NCBI GenBank assembly: GCA_021780585.1
Contig: JAJXYM010000193.1
Location: forward strand, 1 to 33,091
Reading direction: 5' to 3'
Length of the DNA stretch: 33,091 nt
Source: Deltaproteobacteria bacterium
GTDB lineage: Bacteria; Desulfobacterota; Binatia; Binatales; Binataceae
Shown here piece by piece: positions 18,525 through 27,435 of the stretch. Position numbers and translations under genes: made by a program. Position 1 is the stretch's first letter; each line of letters opens with the position of its first letter. A model generated the notes under the pieces. That model worked only from the letters and a program-made list of their open reading frames with translations. It had not been told where the DNA came from and made no database searches.

Positions 18525-19682
18525 TCAGCCGCGCGCTTCGAGTCCCATCCGCCGCGCGATAATCACTTTCATGATTTCGTTCGTGCCGGCGTAAATCGAT
18601 TGCACCGCCGCGTCCGCGTAATCCATCGCCACGGGATATTCGAGCATGAAGCCGTAGCCGCCATGCAGTTGCAGGCACTGGCTGGCAACGCGTTTGAGCA
18701 GTTCGGTCGTCCACCATTTCGCCATGCTCACTTCGGTCACGACGTCGTCGCCGCGCACGTGCGCCGCCATCAGGCGGTCGACGAAGGTCTGGCCGACTTC
18801 AACTTCGGTGGCCATCTCGGCCAGCTTGAACTGCGTATTCTGGAAGGCGGCGATCGGCTGGCCGAAGGCGCGGCGGCCCTTGGCGTAATCGATCGTGTCG
18901 TCGAGGCAGCGGCGCGCGCTGGTGATCGCCTGGATCGCGCAGACCAGCCGCTCCTGCTGCAGCTTCTCCATCAGCATCTTGAAGCCTTCGCCCTCGCGGC
19001 CGAGCAGATTCGACGCCGGCACGCGGCAATCCTCGAAAAACAGCTCGCTGGTGTCCTGACCCTTGAGGCCGAGCTTTTCCAGCTTGCGGCCGCGCACGAA
19101 GCCGGGCGCATCCGCGTCCACCAGAATCAGGCTGACGCCGCGATGGGCCGGCTTGGCGTCGGGATTGGTCTTGGCGACGACGACGATCAGATCGGCAAGC
19201 TGGCCGTTGGAGATGAACATCTTGGAGCCGTTGATCACGTAGCTGTCGCCGTCGCGCCGGGCGGTCGTGCGAACGGCGGCGAGATCGGAGCCGGTGCCCG
19301 GCTCGGTCATCGCGATCGCGAGGATGATTTCACCGGCGATCGCGCCGGGCAGATAGCGCCGCTTCTGCTCTTCCGAACCGAAGGTCGAGATATACGGCAT
19401 GATGATGTCCGAATGGAGACCCATCATCAGGCCATGCGCGCGGACCCGCGCGAGTTCCTCGATCACGATCGCGTCATAGAGGAAGTCGACGCCGGCGCCG
19501 CCGTATGCCGCCGGCGCGTTGGCGCCGAGGAAGCCGGCCGCGCCCAGCTTGCGCCAGCTTTCGCGATCGCTGATTCCGGCGCGGTTCCAGCTCTCGATTT
19601 TCGGCGTGATTTCGCTCTCGACGAAGCGTTTGACCTGGTCGCGGAACATCTCGTGCTCTTCGGTAAAGATCTCTCGGCGCAT
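18525..19682 (-). CDS. Acyl-CoA dehydrogenase (LCAD-like)
   Basis: 'MRREIFTEEHEMFR' (ATG 19682, AAGGAG RBS); 'AIAMTEPGTGSDL', 'INGSKMFISNG', 'QDTSELFF', 'QERL', 'RRAFGQPI..FQ', 'QLHGGYGFM.EY', 'IYAGTNEIMK'. Confidence 0.95.
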   Translation of the reverse strand: MRREIFTEEHEMFRDQVKRFVESEITPKIESWNRAGISDRESWRKLGAAGFLGANAPAAYGGAGVDFLYDAIVIEELARVRAHGLMMGLHSDIIMPYISTFGSEEQKRRYLPGAIAGEIILAIAMTEPGTGSDLAAVRTTARRDGDSYVINGSKMFISNGQLADLIVVVAKTNPDAKPAHRGVSLILVDADAPGFVRGRKLEKLGLKGQDTSELFFEDCRVPASNLLGREGEGFKMLMEKLQQERLVCAIQAITSARRCLDDTIDYAKGRRAFGQPIAAFQNTQFKLAEMATEVEVGQTFVDRLMAAHVRGDDVVTEVSMAKWWTTELLKRVASQCLQLHGGYGFMLEYPVAMDYADAAVQSIYAGTNEIMKVIIARRMGLEARG

Positions 19683-19832
19683 AAGCGGACGGCTCCTTGG
19701 ATTCGTGCAAAATCCTTGCACGTTGGCGTTCCGGTTCCAATCGAATAAGTCTCCGCGAATCCGGCGGGGGTTGCCTTCGGACGGCGCGGGCGGCTAAGAC
19801 GGCGCAATCCGGATTCGAGGCGAGGACGGGCG

Positions 19833-20816
19833 ATGAAAGCGATTCATTTCGATCGGCTGGGCGGTCCCGAGGTGATGTACCTGACCGAGGCTCCCGTGCC
19901 GGATTTGCGGCCATCGACGGTGCTGGTGCGCAATTGCGCGATCGCGGTCAATTTCGCCGATACCTTCTTCACGCGCGGCGAATATATCGTGCGGCCGGTT
20001 TTTCCCGACACGCCCGGGATGGAAGCCGCCGGCGTGGTCGAGGCGGTCGCCCCCGACGTGACCGATTTTCGCCCTGGGATGCGCGTGGCGTATATCGGGA
20101 TGGGCGCGTATGCCGACTACACGCTGATTCGGCGCTCGCGCGTGATTCCGCTGCCCGACTTCATGGATTTCGAGCAGGGCGCGGCGCTGCCGATCGCGAT
20201 GCTTACGGCGTGGCATATGCTGCGCACGCTGCATGACGCGCGGGCGGGCGAGACCGTGCTGGTGCATTCGGCGGCGGGCGCGGTCGGAATCGCGGCGGTG
20301 CAAATCGCCAAAGCCTACGGCGCGCGCGTGATCGGCACGGTTTCGAACGCGGAGAAGGCGGAGTTCGCGCGCCAGCACGGAGCCGACGAAACGATCGATT
20401 ACGCGACCCGGGATTTCGCCGCGGAAACGATGCGGCTGACCGGGAATCGCGGCGTCGATCTGATTCTCGACGCGGTCGGCGCGCCGACTTTCGCCGCCGG
20501 CATCGGCTGTCTCGCGCCGTTCGGCCATCTGATTCTCTACGGCCGCGCGGGCGGCGCGCCCGGTCCGATCGATCCGATGCGGCTGTTCGAACGGTCGCTC
20601 AGCGTAAGCGGTTTCGTGCTGCCGCAGATCTACAATAATCACGCGGTGATGCGGCGCGGACTCGACGACTGTTTCCGCTTGATTCGCGAGGGCAAACTCA
20701 CCGTGCCGATCGGCGGACGCTTCGCGCTCGCGGACGCGGCGGCGGCGCATCGCTTCATCCTCGATCGGCGCTCGGTCGGCAAGCTGATGCTTACGCCGCA
20801 GGGGCGCGCGGATTGA
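19833..20816 (+). CDS. NADPH:quinone oxidoreductase family (zeta-crystallin-like MDR) protein
   Basis: 'GGPEVM', 'AVNFAD...RGEY', 'PGMEAAG', 'TVLVHSAAGAVG.AAVQIAK', 'GVDLILDAVG', C-terminal 'GKLML'. No Zn ligands. Confidence 0.9.
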   Translation: MKAIHFDRLGGPEVMYLTEAPVPDLRPSTVLVRNCAIAVNFADTFFTRGEYIVRPVFPDTPGMEAAGVVEAVAPDVTDFRPGMRVAYIGMGAYADYTLIRRSRVIPLPDFMDFEQGAALPIAMLTAWHMLRTLHDARAGETVLVHSAAGAVGIAAVQIAKAYGARVIGTVSNAEKAEFARQHGADETIDYATRDFAAETMRLTGNRGVDLILDAVGAPTFAAGIGCLAPFGHLILYGRAGGAPGPIDPMRLFERSLSVSGFVLPQIYNNHAVMRRGLDDCFRLIREGKLTVPIGGRFALADAAAAHRFILDRRSVGKLMLTPQGRAD

Positions 20817-20850
20817 AGCATCGCGAAAGTTTCTGTTAGCAAAGCGGGAG

Positions 20851-21240
20851 ATGAGGCTGAATCGTTCCGGTAATTCGCTCGCGATGCGAGTCGCCCTGAC
20901 GATAGCGATCGGCGCGGCGGCGACGATCGCGCCGCGGCCGGTGGACGCCGCCGACGTTGCGGCGGGCCGCGCGCTCGCGCTCGCGCATTGCGTGAAATGC
21001 CACGGCAAGGACGGCAAGGGCGACGGTCCCGCCGTCGCGGCGGAGCATCTGTCGCCGCCGCCCGGCGATTGGACCGACAAGGAGGACATGGCGGAGCATC
21101 CCGACGTCTTCCTGCGCAACATGATCGAGCAGGGCGGCAAGGCGATGGACAAATCGGAGCGGATGCCGGCGTTCGGCAAGAAGCTCACGCCCGCCCAGGT
21201 TGACGATCTGATCGCCTATATCCGATCGTTTTCCAGGTAG
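20851..21240 (+). CDS. Periplasmic monoheme class I cytochrome c
   Basis: Signal peptide; 'CVKCHGKDGKGDGP'; distal Met in 'MPAFG'; 'LTPAQVDDLIAYIRSF'. Alternative start at ATG 20884. Confidence 0.92.
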   Translation: MRLNRSGNSLAMRVALTIAIGAAATIAPRPVDAADVAAGRALALAHCVKCHGKDGKGDGPAVAAEHLSPPPGDWTDKEDMAEHPDVFLRNMIEQGGKAMDKSERMPAFGKKLTPAQVDDLIAYIRSFSR

Positions 21241-21288
21241 TTCCGGCGAAAGATCCGTAGCGCTGATTCGTCAGGCGCGCGCAGCGCG

Positions 21289-22590
21289 TCAATTCCAATG
21301 GCGCATGGGCGAGCCGCGATAACGCATCCGCGGCCGAATCAGGCGATTGTCGGCGTATTGTTCGAGGCTGTGCGCGATCCATCCGGCGGCGCGCCCGGCG
21401 GCGAAAATCGCGGCCGGCATCCCGCGCGGAAAACCGATCATCCGCACGCATACGGTGAGGTAATAATCGAGGTTGGGGCGCAATCGCGCGCGCGCCCATA
21501 CCGCGCGCTCGACCTTGAGGGCGGTCTCGTACAGCTTGCGCCCCTTGCGCGGCGCGGTGGCGCGGGCGACCCGCTTGAGCAGCTCCGCGCGCGGATCGCC
21601 GGCCGAATAGATCGCGTGGCCGAAGCCGGGCGGCAGCAGGCCCTTCGCGCTGAAGGAATCGAGACAATGCTCGAGGCTCAAGCCGGCGGCGAGGTCGGAG
21701 AACATGCTTTCGATCCGATCGCAGGCCCCGCCGTGAATCGGACCCGAAAGCGAGCAGAGCGCGGCCAGCACGCAGGCGTAAAGATCGGCTCCGGTGCTGG
21801 CGACGACGCGCGCGGCGAAGGTCGAGGCGTTAAGTTCATGCTCGGCGCACGCCACCAATACGCGTTCGAGCGCGGCGCGATCGGCGGCGGCGAACTCGCC
21901 TATCACCCGGTCGAGCAGCCGCGCCGCCATGCCGGAGGCGCCTGCAGAACCTGCCGCCCGCGCGCCGTCGCGTTCGCCTCTGGCGGGCGACAGCGCGAGC
22001 GGCAGCGCGCCGATAATCATCCGCGCCTGATCGAGCCGCGCGCGCGGCGGCAGGCGATACTCGGCCGCCGCCAGCGCCGGCATCATCACGGCGAGCCGCA
22101 GCAGCGGCGGCGTATCCGCGCCGACCGCCGCAAGCGCGTCGGCGACCGGCTTTGGCAGCCGGGCGAGGGCGATATTTTCGCGCAGATGCGCGACCTCCTC
22201 GGGCCGCGGCCGTTCGCCGTTCCAGAGCAGCAGGCAAACCTCCTCGAAGGCGGCGTGCTCGACCAGCTCCTCGATCGGATAGCCGCGATAGGCGAGCCGG
22301 CCCTCGCTGATTGAGCTGACGCCCGACTCGGCGACGATCACGCCGGTGGAGGCGGTATCGGCGGTCGGTTGCGCGACCGTGACCCAGGAGCTGGCGTCGG
22401 GCAGGGAGCGGGCGCGCACGCCCCGTTCGGGAGCGGTCAATCCGCGCAGGGCTTCGATATCGGCGCGGCGGTAAAGGGCTTGGCGGCCGACCTTGCGGCG
22501 ATAGCTTTTGAGCCATCCGCGACTCACGTAGGCGTAAAGCGTGCCGAGCTTGACGCCCAGATGCGCGGCGGCTTCCGCCGCCGTCAGCAT
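21289..22590 (-). CDS. Citrate synthase-family protein with N-terminal excisionase-type helix-turn-helix
   Basis: HTH 'MLTAAEAAAHLGVKLGTLYAYVSRGWL'; CS motifs 'LAYRGYPIEEL', 'EHELNASTFAARVVASTG', 'LSGPIHGGA', 'GFGH', 'DPRA', 'PNLD', 'FAAGRAAGWIAH', 'LIRPR'. Start is ATG 22590 or GTG 22623. Confidence 0.88.
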   Translation of the reverse strand: MLTAAEAAAHLGVKLGTLYAYVSRGWLKSYRRKVGRQALYRRADIEALRGLTAPERGVRARSLPDASSWVTVAQPTADTASTGVIVAESGVSSISEGRLAYRGYPIEELVEHAAFEEVCLLLWNGERPRPEEVAHLRENIALARLPKPVADALAAVGADTPPLLRLAVMMPALAAAEYRLPPRARLDQARMIIGALPLALSPARGERDGARAAGSAGASGMAARLLDRVIGEFAAADRAALERVLVACAEHELNASTFAARVVASTGADLYACVLAALCSLSGPIHGGACDRIESMFSDLAAGLSLEHCLDSFSAKGLLPPGFGHAIYSAGDPRAELLKRVARATAPRKGRKLYETALKVERAVWARARLRPNLDYYLTVCVRMIGFPRGMPAAIFAAGRAAGWIAHSLEQYADNRLIRPRMRYRGSPMRHWN

Positions 22591-22741
22591 TTGCGCCCCG
22601 TCGTCGGCGGGATGAGCGGCCACGCGCCAATCACGCCATCCCAGGGGCGGCGCGTCAAGCGCCGGGGCGGCGGATTGCGCCCGCCCTGGCGCTTCGTGAG
22701 GCACGCGCCGGGGCCAGGATTCGGTCGCGCGCCGGCGCGGA

Positions 22742-22772
22742 TTGACGGGCGCGTCGCCGAATCGGCTATAGT
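22742..22772 (+). promoter_or_regulatory. Possible sigma70 promoter for the LLM gene
   Basis: TTGACG-N19-TATAGT; the spacer is longer than optimal. Confidence 0.35.
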
Positions 22773-22858
22773 GCGCGCGTCGCGCCCGAGCGGCGGCCAC
22801 GGCCGGTCGTCCCGCGACGGACGTTTCCGCTTCGATTCAGCAAGACGAGGACTTCGCG

Positions 22859-23932
22859 ATGGATTTCGGCACGCTCATTTTCACCAAGCCGCAGCGCGCG
22901 ATCAGCGACACCCGGCGAATCGAAGAGCTCGGCTTCACCACCGCATGGTTTCCCGATTCGCAAATGATTTGGGGCGACGTTTACGCCTGCATGGCGCTGG
23001 CGGCGGCGAACACCAGCAAAATCCGGCTGGCGACGGGAATTTCCGTCGCGTCGAACCGGATCCCGCCGGTCACGGTCCATGCGATCGGCACGATCAACGA
23101 AATCGCGCCGGGGCGCGTGATGTTGGGCTACGGCACCGGCCATACCGGGCGGCGCGTGATGGGTCTGCCGCCGGTCAAGTTCGCCGATTTCCGCGAACAG
23201 ACCCGCGTGATTCACGACCTGCTCAAGACCGGCGAGGCGGTCTATAACGCCGAAGGATTGAGCCGCAAAATCCGCTTTCTCCATCGCGATCGCCATTTCA
23301 TCAACCTCGACGGCCCGATTCCGTTTTACGTCGCCGCCAACGGGCCGCGCACGCTCGGATTGGCGGGCGAATTCGGCGACGGCATCATCACGACCGGCGT
23401 CGCCACGCCCGAGCGGCTGCAAGCGGTCTTTCGCCACGCCGAGGAGGGCGCGCGCGCGGCCGGCCGCACGCTTGAGCGGCGCTTGCCCTGCGTCTCGCTG
23501 ACGCACGTGGTCGTGACTCGGCCGGGCGAGCGGCTCGATTCGCCGCGCATCACGCAAATGGCGGGTCCATGGGTGATCACCTGCCTGCACGCGATCGCGG
23601 CGGGCTACGCCAAGCCACGCTCGCTGCCGCCGGACGCACGCAAGATATACGACGCTTACGCCGATTATCTCGCGCATCTGCCGGGACCGCCCGAGGAGCG
23701 CTATCTGGACCTGCACAACGGCCATTGCACCTTTGTGCCCGAACGCGAGCGCCGCTTTGTCACGCCTGAGACGATTCGCGCGACCGCGATTGTCGGCGCG
23801 GCTGACGAGGTGATCGCGCAGCTCAAGACGCTCGAACAGGGCGGACTCGACGGCGTGTTCCTGAATCCGCCGATGGACGGGTTCGAGGAATATGTTGACG
23901 AATTCGCGCGCGAAATTATCCGGCGGATGTGA
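22859..23932 (+). CDS. LLM-class (luciferase-like, Mer-like) flavin/F420-dependent oxidoreductase
   Basis: 'EELGFTTAWFPDSQ', 'AANTSKIRLATGI', 'APGRVMLGYGTG', 'IPFYVAANGPRTLGLAGEFGDG'. GAGGA RBS. Confidence 0.88.
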   Translation: MDFGTLIFTKPQRAISDTRRIEELGFTTAWFPDSQMIWGDVYACMALAAANTSKIRLATGISVASNRIPPVTVHAIGTINEIAPGRVMLGYGTGHTGRRVMGLPPVKFADFREQTRVIHDLLKTGEAVYNAEGLSRKIRFLHRDRHFINLDGPIPFYVAANGPRTLGLAGEFGDGIITTGVATPERLQAVFRHAEEGARAAGRTLERRLPCVSLTHVVVTRPGERLDSPRITQMAGPWVITCLHAIAAGYAKPRSLPPDARKIYDAYADYLAHLPGPPEERYLDLHNGHCTFVPERERRFVTPETIRATAIVGAADEVIAQLKTLEQGGLDGVFLNPPMDGFEEYVDEFAREIIRRM

Positions 23933-23978
23933 TTTTGCGGGACGGCCGAATAATTACGCGGCTCCGCTCAAGCATCGA

Positions 23979-23995
23979 CTGGCGCTCGATTTGCT
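23979..23995 (+). promoter_or_regulatory. Putative sigma54 (-24/-12) promoter upstream of the inositol-phosphate synthase gene
   Basis: CTGGCGCTCGATTTGCT is a close match to the YTGGCAC-N5-TTGCW consensus and sits at the start of an AT-rich intergenic region. Confidence 0.7.
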
Positions 23996-24234
23996 ATCTA
24001 TTGCCTGAATAATGTCATCATTGGATGTCAAAAATGCTCTTGCGATGCGTGGTCTTCAACCGGCGCTGCTGATAACGTCTATGACGTTCTTTCAGACCAC
24101 CTAATTTACTTTGAGGCTCGCGTCCGATAAGAAATTAGCGTTCGCTGCGGGACTTTCATCCGTCGCGGCGGAGGAGGGCGTTGCTCGCGGGGGTTTGGCA
24201 GCGCCGAAACCCCTGTAGGCGAACCAATAAGAGA

Positions 24235-25341
24235 ATGTCGAAGATCCGGGTGGCTATCGTCGGGGTTGGCAATTGCGCTTCCTCATTGCTCCAGGGCCTT
24301 GAGCATTACAAGCATGCGACCGACGCGGCCCGAGTGACGCCGGTCGGTCTGATGCACTATGACCTGGGCGGCTACCGCCCGGACGATATCGAGGTGGCAT
24401 GCGCGTTCGATATCGACGCGCGCAAGGTCGGTCGTCCGCTTGAGGAAGCCTGTTTTGCGCCGCCCAATAATACCGTCACCATCTGGCGCGATTTGCCGGC
24501 CTATGGCGTGACCGTCGAGATGGGCGAGCTGCTCGACGGCGTCGCGCCGCATATGCGCAATTATCCGCCCGAGCGCACCTTCGTCCCGATGGAGAACGCG
24601 CGCTCCGCGGATATCGAGCGGCGACTGCGCGAAACCGGCGCGGAAGTGATGCTCTGTTACCTGCCGGTCGGCAGCCAGCAAGCGGTCGAGCGCTACGCCC
24701 ACGCCTGCCTGGAGACGGGGGTCAGCCTGCTCAATTGCATGCCGGTGTTTATCGTCTCGAACGCAAAGTGGGCCAGGGAGTTCACTGCGCGCAAGATTCC
24801 CGTGGTTGGCGACGACGTCAAGTCGCAACTCGGCTCGACCATCCTGCATCGCGCGATCATGAAGCTGTTCGCCGATCGCGGCATCAAGCTCAAGCATACC
24901 TACCAGCTCAACACCGGCGGCAATACCGATTTCCTCAATATGCTCGATCGCGCGCGGCTCGGCTCCAAGCGCACCTCGAAGACCGAGGCGGTGCAGAGCA
25001 TATTGCCCGAGCGGATGCCGGACGTGGACGTCCATATCGGGCCGTCGGATTACGTCCCCTGGCAAAACGATAACAAGGTTTGTTTCCTGCGGGTCGAGGG
25101 CGAAGGCTTCGCCGGCATCCCGATCGAGCTTGAATTGCGGATGTCGGTGCAGGATTCGCCGAATTCGGGCGGCGTCGTGATCGACGCGATCCGCTGCCTC
25201 AAGCTGGCGCGTGACCGTGGCGTCGGCGGTCCGCTCTATTCGATCTCCGCTTATACGATGAAGCATCCGCCGGAGCAGCTTCCCGACACCGTCGCGCGCG
25301 AGCGCGTCGAGCAGTTCATCGCCGGCGAAATCGAGCGTTAG
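24235..25341 (+). CDS. ino1: myo-inositol-1-phosphate (inositol-3-phosphate) synthase
   Basis: 'MSKIRVAIVGVGNCASSLLQG', 'AFDIDARKVG', 'YLPVGS', 'GDDVKSQLGSTILHR', 'YQLNTGGNTDFLNM', 'SKRTSKTEAV', 'HIGPSDYVPW', 'DSPNSGGVVIDA', 'MKHPP'. Confidence 0.95.
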   Translation: MSKIRVAIVGVGNCASSLLQGLEHYKHATDAARVTPVGLMHYDLGGYRPDDIEVACAFDIDARKVGRPLEEACFAPPNNTVTIWRDLPAYGVTVEMGELLDGVAPHMRNYPPERTFVPMENARSADIERRLRETGAEVMLCYLPVGSQQAVERYAHACLETGVSLLNCMPVFIVSNAKWAREFTARKIPVVGDDVKSQLGSTILHRAIMKLFADRGIKLKHTYQLNTGGNTDFLNMLDRARLGSKRTSKTEAVQSILPERMPDVDVHIGPSDYVPWQNDNKVCFLRVEGEGFAGIPIELELRMSVQDSPNSGGVVIDAIRCLKLARDRGVGGPLYSISAYTMKHPPEQLPDTVARERVEQFIAGEIER

Positions 25342-25486
25342 CCGCGACCGTCGTCAGCCGCGCCGGAATTCCGCGCATGACGAGCGCGGCGGGGTTTGCC
25401 TATCCGATCCGGATATGCGAATTTTCGCCTGCGGGTAAGCGATTCCTTCCGGCGAATCCGGCCTGCCCGCGCGGACGGAGGACGCC

Positions 25487-25954
25487 ATGGCGATGACGCT
25501 CGAGCAGCGCCTGCAGGCGCAGGAAGACATTCAGGCGATCGCGAAGCTCAAGGCGCAATACTGCGACTATGCGGATGGCGGCTGGGATCGTCCGTCGCAT
25601 AACTACGACGGCGTCGCCTCGCTCTTCGTGCCCGACGGTTTGTGGGAGGGCGACGGCGTCGGCCGCGGCGCCGGCCACGACGGTATCCGCGCGCTCTTCA
25701 AATCGTTTCAGCAACGATTACCCTACGCTTTCCATCGCATCACCAACCAGGTGATCGAGGTCAACGGCGACCTCGCGACCGGCTCATGGCATATCGTGGC
25801 GCATCTGGTGCGCGCCAAGGACGGCAAGCCGATTCGCGTCGCCGGCATATACAATGACGAATTCGTGCGCACGCCGGCGGGATGGCGGTTCAAGACGCTG
25901 CGCGTCACGGCGGCGAACTATCGCGCGCCCGACGCCGCGCCGGCCCGCGCCTGA
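25487..25954 (+). CDS. SnoaL/NTF2-like family protein (BaiE/LinA-like fold)
   Basis: '[26 protein letters not shown]', 'LFVPDGLW', 'H.ITN.VIEVNGD.A.G.W', '[13 protein letters not shown]'. GGAGG RBS. Confidence 0.85.
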   Translation: MAMTLEQRLQAQEDIQAIAKLKAQYCDYADGGWDRPSHNYDGVASLFVPDGLWEGDGVGRGAGHDGIRALFKSFQQRLPYAFHRITNQVIEVNGDLATGSWHIVAHLVRAKDGKPIRVAGIYNDEFVRTPAGWRFKTLRVTAANYRAPDAAPARA

Positions 25955-26045
25955 CGATCGGCGGGTGGCCGGCGATTACGCGCGGCGTCATGGACCTTGC
26001 GGACGCGCTGGATTAGCTTCATCGAACCAAGCGGAGGCCTTCATC

Positions 26046-27194
26046 ATGGGAGTTTTGAGCGGATATAAAATCGTCGAATTCGCCGGTATCGGGCCGGCGC
26101 CGATGTGCGCGATGCTGCTGGCGGACATGGGCGCCGAAGTCTTGCGCATCGACCGCGCCGAGGACGCCAAGCTCGGCATCTCGATGGACGTCAAATACAG
26201 CCTGCTCAATCGCGGTCGCCGTTCGGTCGCGATCGATCTGAAACAGCCCGACGGACGCGCGGCCGCGATGCGTCTGGTGGAAAAGGCCGACGCCATCCTC
26301 GAAGGCTTCCGGCCCGGCGTGATGGAGCGGCTCGGACTCGGCCCCGACGAATGCCTCAAGCGCAATCCGAAGCTGGTCTACGGCCGGATGACCGGATGGG
26401 GCCAGGAAGGTCCGCTCGCGCACGCCGCCGGCCACGACATCAACTATATCGCCCTGAGCGGCGTGCTCGCCTCGATCGGCCGCGCCGGTCAGGCGCCGGT
26501 GCCGCCGCTCAATCTGGTCGGCGACTTTGGCGGCGGTGGGCTCTACCTCGCGCTCGGCGTCGTCGGCGGATTGCTCGAGGCGCAGAAATCCGGCAAGGGC
26601 CAGGTGATCGACGTCGCGATGGTCGACGGCGCGTCGTCGCTCCTCACCGCCGTCTATGGGATGCACGCGGCCGGGATGTGGGCGGATAAGCGCGGCGAAA
26701 ATATCCTCGACACCGGCGCGCATTTCTACGACGTCTACGAGACCAGCGACGGCGAGTATGTCGCGATCGGCTCGATCGAGGGGAAATTTTACGCCGAGTT
26801 GTTGCGTCTGACCGGACTCGAAGGCCAGGAGTTGCCGCGCCAGATGGATCGCGCGCAATGGCCGGCGTTGAAGAAGAAGCTCGCCGAAATTTTCAGGACC
26901 AAGACGCGCGCCGAATGGTGCAAGATCATGGAGGGCAGCGAAGTCTGCTTCGCCCCCGTGCTGAACATGGCGGAGGCGCCGAAACATCCCCATAACGTGC
27001 ATCGCGGAACCTTCGTCGAAATCGACGGCGTGCCGCAGCCCGCGCCCGCGCCGCGCTTCAGCCGCACGCCGAGCGCGATTCAGCGTCCGCCCGCGCGCCC
27101 GGGCGAGCATACCGAGGAAGCCCTGCGCGAATGGGGTTTCAGCGCGTCGGAGTTGGAGAAGCTGCGCGGAACCGGCGCGATCGGCGTGCGCTGA
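26046..27194 (+). CDS. CaiB/BaiF family III CoA-transferase, alpha-methylacyl-CoA racemase-like
   Basis: '[27 protein letters not shown]', '[12 protein letters not shown]', '[14 protein letters not shown]', 'AGHDINY', '[13 protein letters not shown]', '[11 protein letters not shown]'. ATG 26046 has a GGAGG RBS. Confidence 0.93.
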   Translation: MGVLSGYKIVEFAGIGPAPMCAMLLADMGAEVLRIDRAEDAKLGISMDVKYSLLNRGRRSVAIDLKQPDGRAAAMRLVEKADAILEGFRPGVMERLGLGPDECLKRNPKLVYGRMTGWGQEGPLAHAAGHDINYIALSGVLASIGRAGQAPVPPLNLVGDFGGGGLYLALGVVGGLLEAQKSGKGQVIDVAMVDGASSLLTAVYGMHAAGMWADKRGENILDTGAHFYDVYETSDGEYVAIGSIEGKFYAELLRLTGLEGQELPRQMDRAQWPALKKKLAEIFRTKTRAEWCKIMEGSEVCFAPVLNMAEAPKHPHNVHRGTFVEIDGVPQPAPAPRFSRTPSAIQRPPARPGEHTEEALREWGFSASELEKLRGTGAIGVR

Positions 27195-27231
27195 CCGCCG
27201 CGCTCGAATACGCGCGGGCGGAGCCGCGCAC

Positions 27232-27285
27232 GGCGCCACTTCGCTTCGGCTCGAATACGGGCCGGTCGGGGTGGCGCTGTTTTTT
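27232..27285 (+). terminator. Probable intrinsic terminator after the CoA-transferase gene
   Basis: GGCGCCAC...GTGGCGCT stem extended by G-U pairs, followed by GTTTTTT. Confidence 0.6.
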
Positions 27286-27435
27286 CTGGCGTGGCGATTG
27301 ATTGCCCGGCGAATCATTTCGCCGCCAATCCGTGGCGGTTGGCAACTCCGCATCGTCCCGCGCCGGCGCGTGAAATTCGTTTTGACGCGGACCGCCGCAC
27401 AGTCGTATTAGTTATCGGCGGAGGCGCGGTATCAG

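Noticed and set aside
22624-22800. Extended N-terminus of the citrate synthase-like ORF
   Set aside because: Low-complexity Arg/Pro/Ala sequence covering the divergent promoter region; the HTH begins near 22590.
27195-27290. tRNA remnant or CRISPR mini-array suggested by the repeated TCGAAT
   Set aside because: No cloverleaf or GTTC T-arm context, only two 11-bp copies, and no cas genes.
27285-27350. Additional sigma54 promoter before the Zn-dehydrogenase (several TGGC motifs)
   Set aside because: None of them gives the required GG-N10-GC spacing.
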